Shown one piece after another: positions 10,909 to 23,680 of a stretch of DNA of 64,000 bases. Within the stretch, counting starts at the first letter, position 1. Every line of letters starts with the position of its first letter. The position numbers and the translations under genes were made by a program. This DNA comes from Glaucostegus cemiculus (taxonomy: Eukaryota). Where the stretch lies: assembly GCA_976551045.1 (NCBI GenBank), contig CDPCPM010000011.1:6448001-6512000 (forward strand). Direction: 5' to 3'. A model generated the notes under the pieces. It was not told the DNA's origin. It saw only the letters and a list, made by a program, of their open reading frames with translations, and searched no databases.

Positions 10909-13900
10909 ACGTTTCCCAAAAGAGCACTGTTTCAGGCTAAAAAAATTCTGCATAGATTGCTGGCCCATCCCAGGACCTTGCTGATTTGTATGGCTCAGTA
11001 TGACCCTGGGTGAAGTGTCAATCAACTGAGCTGCACTTAATCCTTCTAAGCTCCCTTTTTATTTGATGTCCTTTTGTGTTTCCATAAATTTAAATATTGT
11101 GGCAGTAACTCATTTTCACTCTATAGTCTGGATTTTCTGATCAATGGCATTTTAACATGTATAGTAACCAGCAAAATAAATGAATAAGTGTGTTTTGCTG
11201 CACTTTTCACTAAATCAGGATGTGCCACAGATTTTCATGCCTAACTTATTGCTGCTTAAGTGAAGTCATTATTGTTCTCATTTAAGATGGGTTACTGGTA
11301 CAATTCAAAAATAAATCACCTTTGGTATGAAATTTACATTGCCCATCTGGACTTTGTTTTGACTCCCCATCTACTTCCTGATACTGGTTCGCTAAGTTCC
11401 ATTGTCTTCATATTCTCCTGCTTCCTCCGTCTATTTATTACAGACACTTATTTCCAACTGACCCTGCTGTCCTTGTAACACTATAAACTCAGTTGCTGTG
11501 TGCACCCCTCACCACCACCTCATGCACCCCCTGCCAGCTCCCTGCTTTGAGTTTGCAAAGAAAATATGTACATACCACTTTAATGAATTCACTCCGAGCA
11601 GTCAGAGAGGCAGGTGGGTCAGAATACGTGGTGCCAAACTACTGAATTTTGAAATCTACACTTCAAATAGAGTTAATTGACATTAAGCTTTAGATCCCAG
11701 CTTCAAATAAAACTGGAAGAAAGATGAACAAAGCAAAATCAAATATCCAGATTCAGAAACAAATAATTACATTTCAATTAAGAAGCACATATGCTGAGTA
11801 AATATTAAAACATTATATTGATATTGTGTATTAGTTCTCCATTACTGTATTCTGTGTCACGAGTTCCATCAAAACATAATACTGAGGTGTTGCAGGTCCA
11901 CATAAAAAAGTTTTTTTGTTTGAAAACCGTCTTTTCTCATTTTGTGCTCAATATTCTAAAATAAAAATCAGACATACTAATAGCAAGGATGCAAATCACA
12001 GAACCATGATCTTCAGTAATACCTTCATAAAAGGTTACAGTACCCTGCTGAGAGTTACCTAATCCAACTAACAGTATTCCATGTCCAGTTTAACTTCAGC
12101 AGAGTCACGATGGTAGGGCTTTTAGCAGCTCTGTTTTCTTCCAAAAGCTAAATAAAAGCAGGTCATGATGTATGGAAGAGATACAAAGGAACACATTAAG
12201 TGCTATCTTCCAATCACTGGCTTCAGATGACATTCACAAATGACTGGAGCTACATTCTTCACACAGTTTGTGAACCCTTATTGCTTATTCACTTACAAAC
12301 ATTCCTTATTTTCTTTGTTATGAAGTCAAAAATCAGCCAAATTAACTTTCATGTTTGAGTAGGAATGTGTCCGTTTTTAAATATAACCTATTTCAAGAAT
12401 AACTTCCCCATCAATAGCAAAGATATTTTCTTTTACTGTTGCACACTTGATTTGTGGCATCAATATTTAGGATGTGGATTTTTTGTTTCTATTGCATACA
12501 ATCCACAATTTGCAAAAGGAAACTCAGCTTTGCATTGACCCCATTCTAAATCTAATGTCTCACGATTAAATTGGTCAATTCTTCTTCCCATAAAAAAGTT
12601 ACAAAAATACAACTCAGAAATAAACTTCATTGCTAATAAAATATCAGTAGCTTTAAATAAAATCAGTGAGGTAAGCTGTCAGGAGAATATAAAAGAAACA
12701 TTCTGGAGGTATTTTACACATTGTCTGTCTCTGACTTTAGAGTTCAGAATTAAGGTTATTTCAGTAAATGTGTTGCTACAATCCAGACATTCAGAGGGCT
12801 AACTTGGTTTTGTGGGAATTCTCCTTTCATAAGCCCTGCTTCATTTCCACATTCCTGCCACCGCAGACCACAGAGTGCACAGCAAAGTTGTGTATCAGCT
12901 GTCATGAAGTATTGCATGGGAGGTCATTCGAATCAAAACTACTGTCTTTCATCTGACAGTTCAAACCTTCCCACACTTTGCTCAAAGTATAAAATCTCTT
13001 TGCCTATAATCTCTTCTAACAAATTTTAGCTGCCCCCCGGGAACTGACTAATTCCTGACTTTTAGAAGGACCTTTATTGATCTGTATCTTATTATCCAAT
13101 TCTCCTTGGGTTAATAAATCAATGTTTTTTCTCCCCCTCTCCCACTCCAGTCGTAGAATGGTTTGGTAGCTAAATAAAGGGAAGTTGCCAGCTGCATTTA
13201 AACATTCAATGGTCATAAAAACGTATGATGAAAGAAACAATTCAGCATTATACTCCAAACAGTTATCTGTGTCAGGTCGGCAAGATTTTCAAATAACGAT
13301 TGAACTATGTAGATCAGCTCATTGTACACTGAATTTCAATTGTAGCTTTAATAATGTCTGAGTGTGTAATGTTCAAGAATGATTTCCATGTCTAGCAATA
13401 TCGTCGATTTCTTCCTACTCATATTATCAATACAATATTAAACATCTTGTGTTGTTTTGACCAACTTCCAGAATCAGGAGACACAAGAGACTGCAGATGT
13501 TCTGCAGTTCCAGAATTAAGATATCAATTATTAGATTCTAATGTGTGAAATAACCCAAGTGGTATTTAATTGTTGACATTTGACACTGATCAGCAGTTTA
13601 ACTGAGCAGTAGCTGAACAAAGACATTTCTCGACTTAAATCAATCACTGAGTACTTTAATTGGTTTCTAGCCATTTTGAGTTGGACTGGAAGTGCATTTC
13701 TTCATCCTGATTCACATATTCACAATGACCGGAGGAAAAAAAGATGATTACAATAGTTAGTTAGTTTTACAGAAAAGCAAGAAGAGCAGAGATATCTGTA
13801 AAACTATATCTGGCCAATTATACATCAGATTTTCTTCAAATTATGGTGTAAAGCCAATTTTCTAATGAGATGCCAAGGCCCCATCTTTATATCTGCATGG

Positions 13901-14739
13901 GTTTGGTGAATAAGTAGTTTGATACTGACCCCTCACAAGTCACAAGCCCAGTAATAGATCATATCAGCTGAATTCTCACTTGGTGTGGCAAGACAGCTGG
14001 ACTCAATGGAGAAAAAAATATCTCATAGCTGATGGAATCACTGGGACACAACAAACAGAAGTAAAGAGGGACTTCGTCAGCTCTGAAAATGCGTCCTTGC
14101 TGCTTACATCCTTCTGGATACATTCTTCTTTCTCTATAGTGGGCAAATACAAATACAGAGCTTTCGCAATGCCAGGCAACATTCTGGCTGGTAAATAACC
14201 TAGGTAATTTTAATTGCCCATCTCACCTGATTTTTACTGAGTGTTACCTTTTGAATGTTCATTAAGAGATTTAAATCCATAATGAAGCATGTAGAAAAAT
14301 AGAATTCCTTTATCCAATTTATTTTTGTTCAAATTCGTAAAGATTGGAAGACTACATTCTTGACTCGCCATTTACAAGGATATATTGTGGAATTAGATTA
14401 GATAACATAGTGAGTTTAATCGATAGTTTGTACATAAAAGATTCTGACCCCATGTCAGATCAGCCAATAATAAATGTAAGCAGCATACCCTAATAGATCT
14501 TTCTGAATCAATTTACCAGACAGCTTTTATTCAAAAAGTTAAGTGACTTTGCTTTCATGGAAACGGAAGGAGCCAAATTTGATAGCCTATGAAAATAGGC
14601 ACAAGAATCATCATGTGTGATTAACCAGCTACTCTGCAGTACAATGCAGGCAACACTAACATTGTGCTGCTTGATAATTATAATGATTATAGCACCTAAT
14701 TGCACTGTTCATTGCTTGAATATTCCAGCAGAGAGTCAA

Positions 14740-15490
14740 TATGATGACTGGCTGGCACCAGGTAATGCTAGCCTGCACTACTTAAAGGAGTTGCCAATGA
14801 CCAGTGCACATTGTTGAAAGAGCCAGCACAATGGAGGATACAAAGAACTCAGATGCAGACTGCAAATGCACCAGAAGATGGCTGATGGATGTGCACAGTG
14901 AAATGCTTGGGTCAAATGGGAATTCTGCTAGAATATCCAATGTTTATTCGGAAAGATCAGAGGGCACTGGATCCTGCTAGTCACAAGACTCTGCATAGGT
15001 CTGGGAACCCAGCCCTTCCAGTGTGCAACAGATAGTCAATTCCACTTATAAAGCCAACCATGACGCATCTTGGCACAGGGGATGTCAGAGCTTTCACTGA
15101 AGCACACGCAGCAACCATCCAACATCTGCCAGCTCCAGTGCAAACTCAGTCTGGTGCTGTTGTGGCTGTTAATTGCAATATGCACAGGAACTTGTCATGC
15201 GTTGCAGTAGTGCAGCAAGCCATCCTCCAACTGATCACTCGAATTGCTGAGACATCATCCAAGGGATGGAGATTGTGACTCTGTGGCACTGCACATCAAA
15301 GGCACTTGATGACCCATGTCAGCAAATCACTCCATTTAGTTGCTGCTCACATTCTGGTCCTTTAAGCCCAGAACTACTCGAGATCATTGCTTCTATTGAA
15401 AACCAGCATCCTTGCATCCATCCTGTTGCAGCCACCAAGGCAGCACTTTGGGAGAGTATTAGGAAAGGGAAAGCCAGGCACTAAAGAGAT
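14740..15490 (+). pseudogene. Decayed Harbinger second ORF (Myb/SANT-type partner protein, C-terminal part)
   Basis: Fragments EAHAATIQHL...QTQSGAVVA and SGPLSP...VAATKAALWESIRKGKARH* lie tail-to-tail with the transposase; DNA similarity to 2279-2400 and 47495-47590. The Myb assignment comes from family architecture, not from a visible domain in this copy. Confidence 0.55.
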
Positions 15491-15729
15491 GGAAAATGCT
15501 GCAAGTTAATTTTTGTAATATTATGGGATAACTTTAGCTACAAATTTTGGGACTTTTATTTTTGCATTGTGATCAGGCAGAAAATTTGAATGCCAGTGAC
15601 GGATGGCATGGGGGGTATTGATGAGTGAGGAATTAAGGCACATACTTGGATAAGTTTATCCCTGGAGAGCCCAGTGAAAAAGTGGTTACCTTCTCCCATC
15701 CTTCTCCTTCAATTCCTTCACCCCGTCAC

Positions 15730-16710
15730 AGCCACTGTGTAAATGGGTGCAAAAACTGTATCTCAAATATGGCAAATGTGTGGAGCATGTAGCAGACCTC
15801 TAAGTGTTGGCATGTGCTGTGCTCTATAATGCAAAGACCTGTGGAAAAGTCTTCACAGAGGAAGAGTCAGCACACCAGTGAACTGCTCTATCACACTTCG
15901 CATCACAGCAAGGGATTGACTCTATGCCTACTGCACGTGTTTGGGTTGTGCGCACTGGATTTAAGAAGTGTATGGTTAGTGGATAGCCTGTATCAAGCAG
16001 CACCCAGCAATTGCTTTTCAGTGACTCAAATGCAACTGGCAGTGGCCTGCTGTAAAATGCCATCAGGATTGCAGACAGGTGATCAAGCATCAACCTATTC
16101 ATTGTCCATGGTTACACCCCAGCTGGTTGTTCTGGTGCTGTTTGAGGCCAGAATTATCATGCAGTATCTGCATAGTGGGGTGCATGCAATCAATAACAGC
16201 CTTCTCCATGAGGAAGGCTGCAATCCTCACAAAGCATCAGTAGACTGAGAAAAGAATGAAATGTTAGTTCTCTTTGAACAGAGAGTGTTGATGACCTATC
16301 TGATTCAACTGTGGGTGGCAAATTGCAAGTTGTTGTAAATATTTCCAGTTCTAGCTTGAAAGCAGACAGACATATAAATGTTCACTCCCACAGTCACCCT
16401 GGCGACCGCTTACAATGCAGCTATGGTTGTGGCTGCTGCAAGTGGAAGATTTAAGTGAGGATATCATCACAGAAGTGCAAACATCTCCCTCAGATTTTTC
16501 CTGGTCAAAGCTCAGACAGGAGAATTGCTTTCTTAATGTCCTGGGTGGATGCAGCCTCTTGCTGAGAGCCTTCTTCTTCCTTCTGCCAGTGTTTCTGGCT
16601 ACACCCTATTCATGTTACAAATGCACCAATAATAAATAACTGTGCCTGGGAGCAATTGATTTATACACTAGCCTTGTAGTCAGCAACAAGTCCCATCCCC
16701 TATCCCATAA
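15730..16710 (-). pseudogene. Decayed PIF/Harbinger (HARBI1-like) DDE transposase
   Basis: Collinear minus-strand motifs across frameshifts and stops: KRLHPPRTLRKQFSCLSFDQE, RVTVGVN, FVRIAAF..AVIDCMH (~GAIDCTH), WVLLDTGYPL..LNPVRTTQT (~WLLGDSGYPL), MRSVIEQFTGVL (~TRSVIERTIGVLK), VCYMLHTFAI (~ACCVLHNIA). Confidence 0.88.
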
Positions 16711-17599
16711 TTCTCTGCATACTTCCACAATCAATGTTAGAAAGAACTACACACTCATAACATCATAAACAGAGAACCAAAGGGAGAAGAAGCAACTAAT
16801 CTGTGAATTGCTGACGATCCCTTTAAATAGTAATTGTGGGGGTGGGGATAGACCTTCCTACTGTTTAAGTCATGTTCAGTTATCATGTTTAAGAGTAGGT
16901 GCTAGCTGTAATAATGAGCTTCACAGCAGCAGTACTGCTGTCAAACCAACATTGCTCCAATTGGCAGAATAAAATTCTTATTTTTCCTACACCCAGCAGA
17001 CATTCAGTATTCTAAATGGTCTCACCAATGTAACATGATGAGGTCATCTTACTCCATCTTGGTCTTCTAAGGGCTGTCATGTTACCCTCAAACTTGTGCA
17101 CCGCTGAATCCAATTTTACCCCAGAAAAGGTTGGATTTCAATGACACTCCATTACAAGACCTAAAAGTGTGACACTGATTTACAGTGCAGGCTCATTTTA
17201 CAAGTGTAAACGTACCTCTGATTGTTGTGGAACTCCACATACAAAACAAACATGATTTACAGCCGCTTTGCAAGAAATTTAATTCTCTTGGCTAACTAAC
17301 AATGCAAAATATCATTTTACAAGGGGTACCAGAAACATAGTAGCACAGTAAATATTTATGACAGATAAGCAAAAGTACTTCAGATGCTTTTAGAGAAAGG
17401 TTTGATGGCTATAGTATAAAACTAAAAAAAACACCTTCGGAATGACTGATTAAATCAAAATTCTTCTTACAACACTGTTATTTCAACCCACATGAAGTAC
17501 ATCTCGAGGTCCAATATACTTCGGTTAATATTAACACCCACTATCATTCAGTAAATGGCAATCCGGACTGAATTTTTTTTGGCAGTGTTTGCAGCTATT

Positions 17600-17730
17600 C
17601 CTAGAATCCAGCATGAAAAACGAGTAAAAAAAAATCAGGTTCTGATGAAAGCTCATTAACTCAAAACATTATCTCTGCTTCTGTCTTCACAGATGCTGCC
17701 TGACCTGCTGAGCTTTCCCAACACTTGTTA
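17600..17730 (+). mobile_element. Penelope-derived terminal element with hammerhead remnant
   Basis: CTGATGA at 17642-17648, AAAACATTA, then CACAGATGCTGCCTGACCTGCTGAG. Confidence 0.7.
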
Positions 17731-18029
17731 AAACTTTGGGAGTTACATAGTGTACTAAACAGGAGACGCTTTAATTATGTCAAATACAGCTCCCACCTTT
17801 TTCTAGTATTTATTTGGATACAGCAAATCAGAAACTTATCTACTTGTCCATGGAAAATTCGAATTTGTCTTTTGGAAATGCTGAATCTGGCCTTCTGATT
17901 TACTCCTTCCTCAAGTGGACTTTCTCCTCAACATCACATATACAGCCAATCCCATATTCAGGATCTGGATTTTGAAGATTGACACTCAATCAGATATGCT
18001 TGCAAAACAAAAAATCACTCTACTGCTTG

Positions 18030-18480
18030 TAGTATTAACTTCCCTTCAACCATTCAGTCCCGGAACAAACCAGCACAATCCTACAGCCCAATGGATTGAA
18101 TACTAAATTTTACAGTTTCAGGTAATCCACTCCCTCGTGGTTCCTTTCCCACTCCCACCAGGCCACCTAAGTTCTTGCACTCTTTGTTCATCTTTTTCAT
18201 CCCTCCTCCCCTCATCACCAAGACTCATTACCTCCTCCACCTGGTTCCGTCTGCCCATCATCCCTCCTTTCTCTGGTTCCCCCTATCACTGACCAGTCTC
18301 TGTCTCACCCCTCCCTCTCACCTCCACGTACTGGTGAAAAAGTGTTTTTCATCTATATACTGGCTATGTTCCCTCTGCATTCTCAGTCCTGATGCAAGTC
18401 TTGACCCAAAATATCAACAATTATTCTGCCTCTGCAGATGCTGCTTGTCCTGTTGACTTCTGCCAATAGGTTAATTTTTG
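18030..18480 (+). mobile_element. Penelope-like element 3' fragment
   Basis: CTACAGCCCAATGGATTGAATACTAAATTTTACAGTTTCAGGTAA encodes LQPNGLNTKFYSFR* (GIY-YIG C-terminus), then a pyrimidine-rich UTR and the CAGTCCTGATGCAAGTCTTGACCCAAAA hammerhead remnant. Confidence 0.75.
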
Positions 18481-19614
18481 ATTCTGCCTTTCTCTGTTCA
18501 CACCAAACTGATAATAAGTAGGGAATTCTGGCTGTTACTCTTTCCCCTTAAAGCTAACTGGATCTCTCAAACCATCGCTCCTCACACAAGTGATCAGCCT
18601 GAAATATTCATGCTCTGTCTTGCATTGTCCACAAGGCACAAACTGCCTTTGCTCACTTAGTAAGTTAGCCTGGTTCTAATAAAAGAGGCAAATGCTAATT
18701 GGGGGAAATGTTTCACAGCTGACTGATAATTAATAATAATAAAAAAATCACATATTCACTTTCTCAGAAGATAACCAGAGATAACTAATTAAAACCCAAA
18801 CAAACCATTGCAAATTTAAGGATCAACTCAAAATTCTCTTTGTTATTTTCCCCACCAATGTTATAACTTGATTTTGTCATCCACCATATGCTCATTAAGA
18901 CTTCACTGTGATTCTTCAGTACTATCACATAATAAAAACTTACAGCAAAGCATTAAATTAGGAAACTACTGTATACCCAGTTTAAGTGCCTGTACCAAAG
19001 TCACATATATAGAAGCATCCTCTGTTAACAACTATCAGAATATGGTTTAGATTCAGTCACTAAGATTACTTCTTAATACATCAGTGTGACTCCCTTTTGT
19101 TATACCATTTCTAACAGAGTAACTGTTTTCACTCATTTAAACCACGGAGTCCTTGAAAAGAAAATTCAATTAATAAAATGGCACAGTGAGATAACATCTT
19201 CAAATCCTGTTTAATTATCATCTGATACATAAGACACCTCATTTTACCTTGGGTGAACTGAAGGATTCAAATTCAGTCAACACTGGTGCTGAAATGCTTC
19301 TTACTTGTTAAAGAAAGAAATTAATGTTTGAGCCAGAAGACCCTGACAAGGTCATTACTAGAAATGGAATTAGAAATAAACTGTGAGTTTGCTGATTTCC
19401 AATCAAAACATCCAATAGATCAAGCCCACTTAATGGTGAATGTAGTGACCTCAACACAAAGACAGTTTTGTTAAAGTGACCTGTCTGCAGTAGCCCATAA
19501 ATACAGATGTTGATGACCCTGTGTTAATTGACTGTGGATCATGTCAAGGGAGCACTGACAACAATCATTTGTTTCCTAACTGCTTTTACTATGTTTTCCA
19601 GCTTTTATTTTTAT

Positions 19615-19940
19615 CAATAGGTGCAGTGTTCAAGGCCAACTCCAGAGATTTGTGCACAAAAAATCTAGTTCCATCTTGCTTTACTGAGGGAGTGTTGTAC
19701 AATTAGAATTTGCATTTTTTTAGATGCAATGTGAAACTGAGATCCTATCTGCTCTCCCAGGAGGGTAACAAAAATCCTATCAAGAAATAGAGCAGTCAAC
19801 TGCTGATGACTTTGCCCATATTTATCCCTCAATTAACAGAACTCTTACAGTAATTAGTCATTGTTTTTCCCATATTGTAAGAATGACTGCTTCAAAAGCG
19901 ACTGCTTTGAGATAACTTGAGGTTGCAATTGCTTTCTTTT
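19615..19940 (+). mobile_element. Deu-domain SINE (SacSINE/AmnSINE-like), decayed
   Basis: TACTGAGGGAGTG...GAAACTGAGATCCTATCTGCTCTC...ATATTTATCCCTCAA...GCTTTGAGATAACTTGAGGT; collinear with 27500 and 35080 copies. Confidence 0.65.
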
Positions 19941-22899
19941 TTAAGTGAAGAGGTTTGACTGTTGCCAGTCTGCAACTGGACAGCTTTGATTTGCTTCTGA
20001 GATCAATTCCATTCATGTAACCATTTACTTAAGTTGAATCATTGTGTGTCCAAATTTCAAAAGAAGAAGGCAGGAAAATCTGTGCATACAGAAAATTTAA
20101 TCATTGACAGTCTCAAGAGCTTTACTTGGAAAGATGCTTAGTTTGGATAGGATGCATGGAAGAGCAATCATAGATCCTTAGAGAACAACCACTGGCAAAG
20201 TTGTGTTGAGAAACGATTCATGGATATGGATATGTAGCCAAAGGGTTGTGTTATTTAACTATTCATTTACTTACCTCTTGGCCCATTCACCAAAGGGGAG
20301 AAGTCTGAAGAACTAAGTGAATGTGACTGAGTGGAATGGGGCTGCATTGGTCCTTATTTCCCTAGCTCCTGGCTTGTATTATTTGTACTGATTGACATGA
20401 GTCCCATTCTTCAAACAGTTGTTTGTTGTGGGCAGTGCCAATCCCAACTCATTTGGGGAATGTGGATACTTCTAAACAAAATAGGAGTGCCAAGTGTAGG
20501 AATAATTTTCTGCTTTGGCAGAAGCATGGGTAGAGCTGGCACCAGAGTGAATATTACTTAGTCATGGATCTAACAGTCAGTAGGTATCTGACCCAATAGA
20601 ATGCGATAGTATGGACCACCAACATTATTTTGCCGGGAGATGCAATATGTGAAATTGAATGCTCAGCGCAGCATTCTGGGTTGAAACACTCTTGTTCTGT
20701 GAGGTTCTATGTGTAATACAGATGCCCTTGTCTGATAGTACAGCAGATCAGAAGGCAACTTTCTGGCATCTGTGCAATCCATATGGGAACAGAAGAAATG
20801 AATGTTATGTTCTTGTTGGATAATGTTTTTAGCAATTGCACTTCAACAGTGGTGTGCAATGAATACATTTCGAAGAGAACTTTTTTGTTCATAGAATGGA
20901 AACTAAAGTTGTTGTACTATATTTTATATTTTTTTGCCTTTCTTAATAACCAAAGCAAACTCAATTATTATAAAGGCAAGGCAATTTCTAGAAAAAAAAA
21001 TCAAAGCTGGTAATTCACACAAAATGGAAGATCTTTGATTAATTGGTACTCTTTTAATGAATTTGCAGTTAATAATCTCAATTATCATTTAGCTTCCTGA
21101 TTGTTTTGAAGAAGTAAGACCCCTCTGGGTCTTTAACATTCTCTGTGAAATTCTGAGAACAAAGGAGCTAGAATCACAAGCGTGTGTCCGAATGCAGCCA
21201 TGTGAAAAGGAACAGGATGAAATTCGACCTTGATGGATCCACTGTAAAACATTGGTACCAGGATAGACGTGGACGAGTCCTGCACTTGGAAGGCTTAGAA
21301 AGAGGTTAATATTGATCCCTGGAGCATTATTCATTAAATCAGTGAAACATAGTGAATTTGAAATGAAGAGTAGCCTGCCCAGAAACAGCTCCTAAAACCA
21401 GAAAAGAACCACAAATTGAACAACACTAAACAATCCTTAATCCTGATACATTTAAAAATCACTATGAAGGACAAAAAATGTCTCTGGGAGGCAAAAGTTC
21501 ATGAACGTTGAAATACTGCTAAGAGGATTCTATGTATCCTATGGGGTGAAATAACTAAACAAGATGGCCAGGTTTCAGGTGATTGTTCCACCTGATTTAA
21601 CCTCAACAGGAACTGAGGGGTGAGTATCACATAGCAGACTGTCTTTCACTGAGACCATGGCAGATAATTGAAACAAATTGCTCCATCCCTAAGTTTTTCT
21701 TGTATCTCAACCAGCAGAAAAACTTCAGTAAAGATATTCAGGAGTTTTGGCACTGGAAATGGAGAAGCCATCCAGCAAGGCCAGCCAGAAACAAGAAGAA
21801 ACAGTTTTAATAACTACATTGGAGCTGATCACTGGTCCGTCTTGCTGCTGAGATCCTCAGGATTAAAGGTCATTAGTACTGCCTAATGTTGTTGTGTTTG
21901 ACTAAATTGTTTTGATGCTGTGTGCAATGTTAATTTATTAAAAGTAATTCTGTTTAACATACTGTGGCTTTCTTTTTCTAGTTACTGTCAATCTCCATAA
22001 ATTGCTGGAACATCTGTATCCCAACAGCTCTTATCATTTGATAAGCATCTCACGCGAAAATGCATAGAGTTGTTTCTCAGGCATCAGAAATTTATGCAGG
22101 GCCTATTGGCAGGTTAAAGTCCCCTAACCAAAACTGATCAGTGACAAGCACTTAGGGTTCTGAGGTAGCCATTGCAGATTAAATGCTTCTACGAAAATAG
22201 GTAAGTTAGTTTAAAGGATATTCCTATGAAGAAGGAGAGCAGGACCACTCAGCCCTGTTCTGTGACCCTGCAGGTAGCCATAACAGCAACTGTCCCATAA
22301 TTCTTTCAACCACCACCACTCACAAGCTCCCCACTTACCCCTAGGCCACTGGCTCCAAAACAGATTACCCAAAAGTCTTTTCTCCATACATGCGAGTTGC
22401 CTGGGTGGTGCTAAAGACCCCAGCTGAAGTGTATCCAGTATGTCTTACACAGAAGTTGCATTGCCTGCGTCACACCTACATTCCGTATCGCTTCCCTAAC
22501 GTGTTTTATTGATTGAGCAGAACAGATAATAGTGTGTTATATGGCAACATTCTCATATTATTATAGAAACAGCAACCTCTGCAAGTTACTGTGCACAATG
22601 CTACAGAAGATCTGGCAGAATTAGTAATCAATGCAAATCTAATATGTATTCCACATTTATTGTACTTATTCTATGCTGTCGCATTCCAGTATTAAGATAT
22701 ACAATTACTTTAAAAAAGTGCAGAAACCAGGACATTTCATTGTAGGCTCTGGGTAACATTATGAATTACTTTATATAAAACATGGGCAGAAAGTTAGAAA
22801 TAGTAGCATCCAATCAAAAGTGGAAGAAAACTCTGCCAGTTTGTTCCTCTCCTCACCATAGGTACACTCTGCAGCTTTGAAGGAACTTAGATAAATCAT

Positions 22900-23065
22900 A
22901 GCCAAACAGCAATAAAAGCTGAAAATGTTGGAAATATTCAGACTATCCTCTGACATTAATTCATTTTCTCTTTCCACAAATGTAGCCTGATTTGCTGAGT
23001 ATTTCCACAGTTTTCTGTTTTTATATTAGATTTCCAGCATCTGCAGTTTTTTTTGATTTTCTGTA
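22900..23065. mobile_element. Penelope-derived mini element with inverted arms
   Basis: GAAAATGTTGGAAATATTCAG ... CTGAGTATTTCCACAGTTTTC inverted repeat, ending TTCCAGCATCTGCAGTTTTT. Confidence 0.7.
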
Positions 23066-23094
23066 ATAAAAGGTTCAGTCCACAGGAGAGGCAG

Positions 23095-23680
23095 TGAGCT
23101 CCAGGTTGCTTGATATTTTAATTCCCCACCTTACTCCCACTCTGACCTATCCATCAGTAGTCTTCAACACTGTTACAAAAAGACTCAAGGCAAGCTTGAG
23201 GAACAGCACCTCATCTTCCATCTGGACACATTGCAGCCTTCTGGACTCAATATCAAATTCTCCAACTTTGGGTAACTCACTCTCTCTTTATGTCCATCTC
23301 AGAACTGGCCATTTCTATCTTTCATCATTTTGGCTCAGTTTTTCTTTCTCTCTGGTATACTCTAGCCTTCTAGTCAAGTCCCATAACCTTATCATTAGCA
23401 ACACCTTACACGGACAGAGAAGCATTCTGATTCTAACTGCTGCATTCAATTATTTGGTCTCAACCTGTCAGAGATATTCCCTTTGTTCTATTCCTCCTTC
23501 CCCATGTTCTCTGCTACTGAAAACTAACTTGTTTTCTCTCTTTCCCAGTTCTGATGAAGGGTCTTGAACCTGAGATTTGAACTGTTTCTCTTTCCACAGA
23601 TGCTGTCTGACCTACTGAGTGTTTCTAGCATTTTCTTTTTTTTCTTTCAGACTTCCAGCATCTGCAGTATTTTTTATTTT
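23095..23680 (+). mobile_element. Penelope-like element 3' fragment (GIY-YIG end plus hammerhead-bearing terminus)
   Basis: AAGCTTGAGGAACAGCACCTCATCTTCCATCTGGACACATTGCAGCCTTCTGGACTCAATATC encodes KLEEQHLIFHLDTLQPSGLNI; CAGTT-CTGATGA-AGGGTCTTGAACCT-GAGA-TTTG-AACTG at 23546-23584. Confidence 0.88.

Noticed and set aside
15814-16248. 144-aa + strand ORF
   Set aside because: Antisense shadow of the decayed Harbinger transposase.
15730-16710. Call as the host HARBI1 gene
   Set aside because: Multiple stops and frameshifts, and related copies in the same window, indicate a dead transposon rather than the domesticated gene.
22081-22206. AG...AG|GTAAGT 120-nt exon-like segment
   Set aside because: Stops in all three frames; probably repeat-derived.
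23094-23567. 157-aa ORF, the longest in the track
   Set aside because: Off-frame reading of the Penelope GIY-YIG end and pyrimidine-rich UTR.
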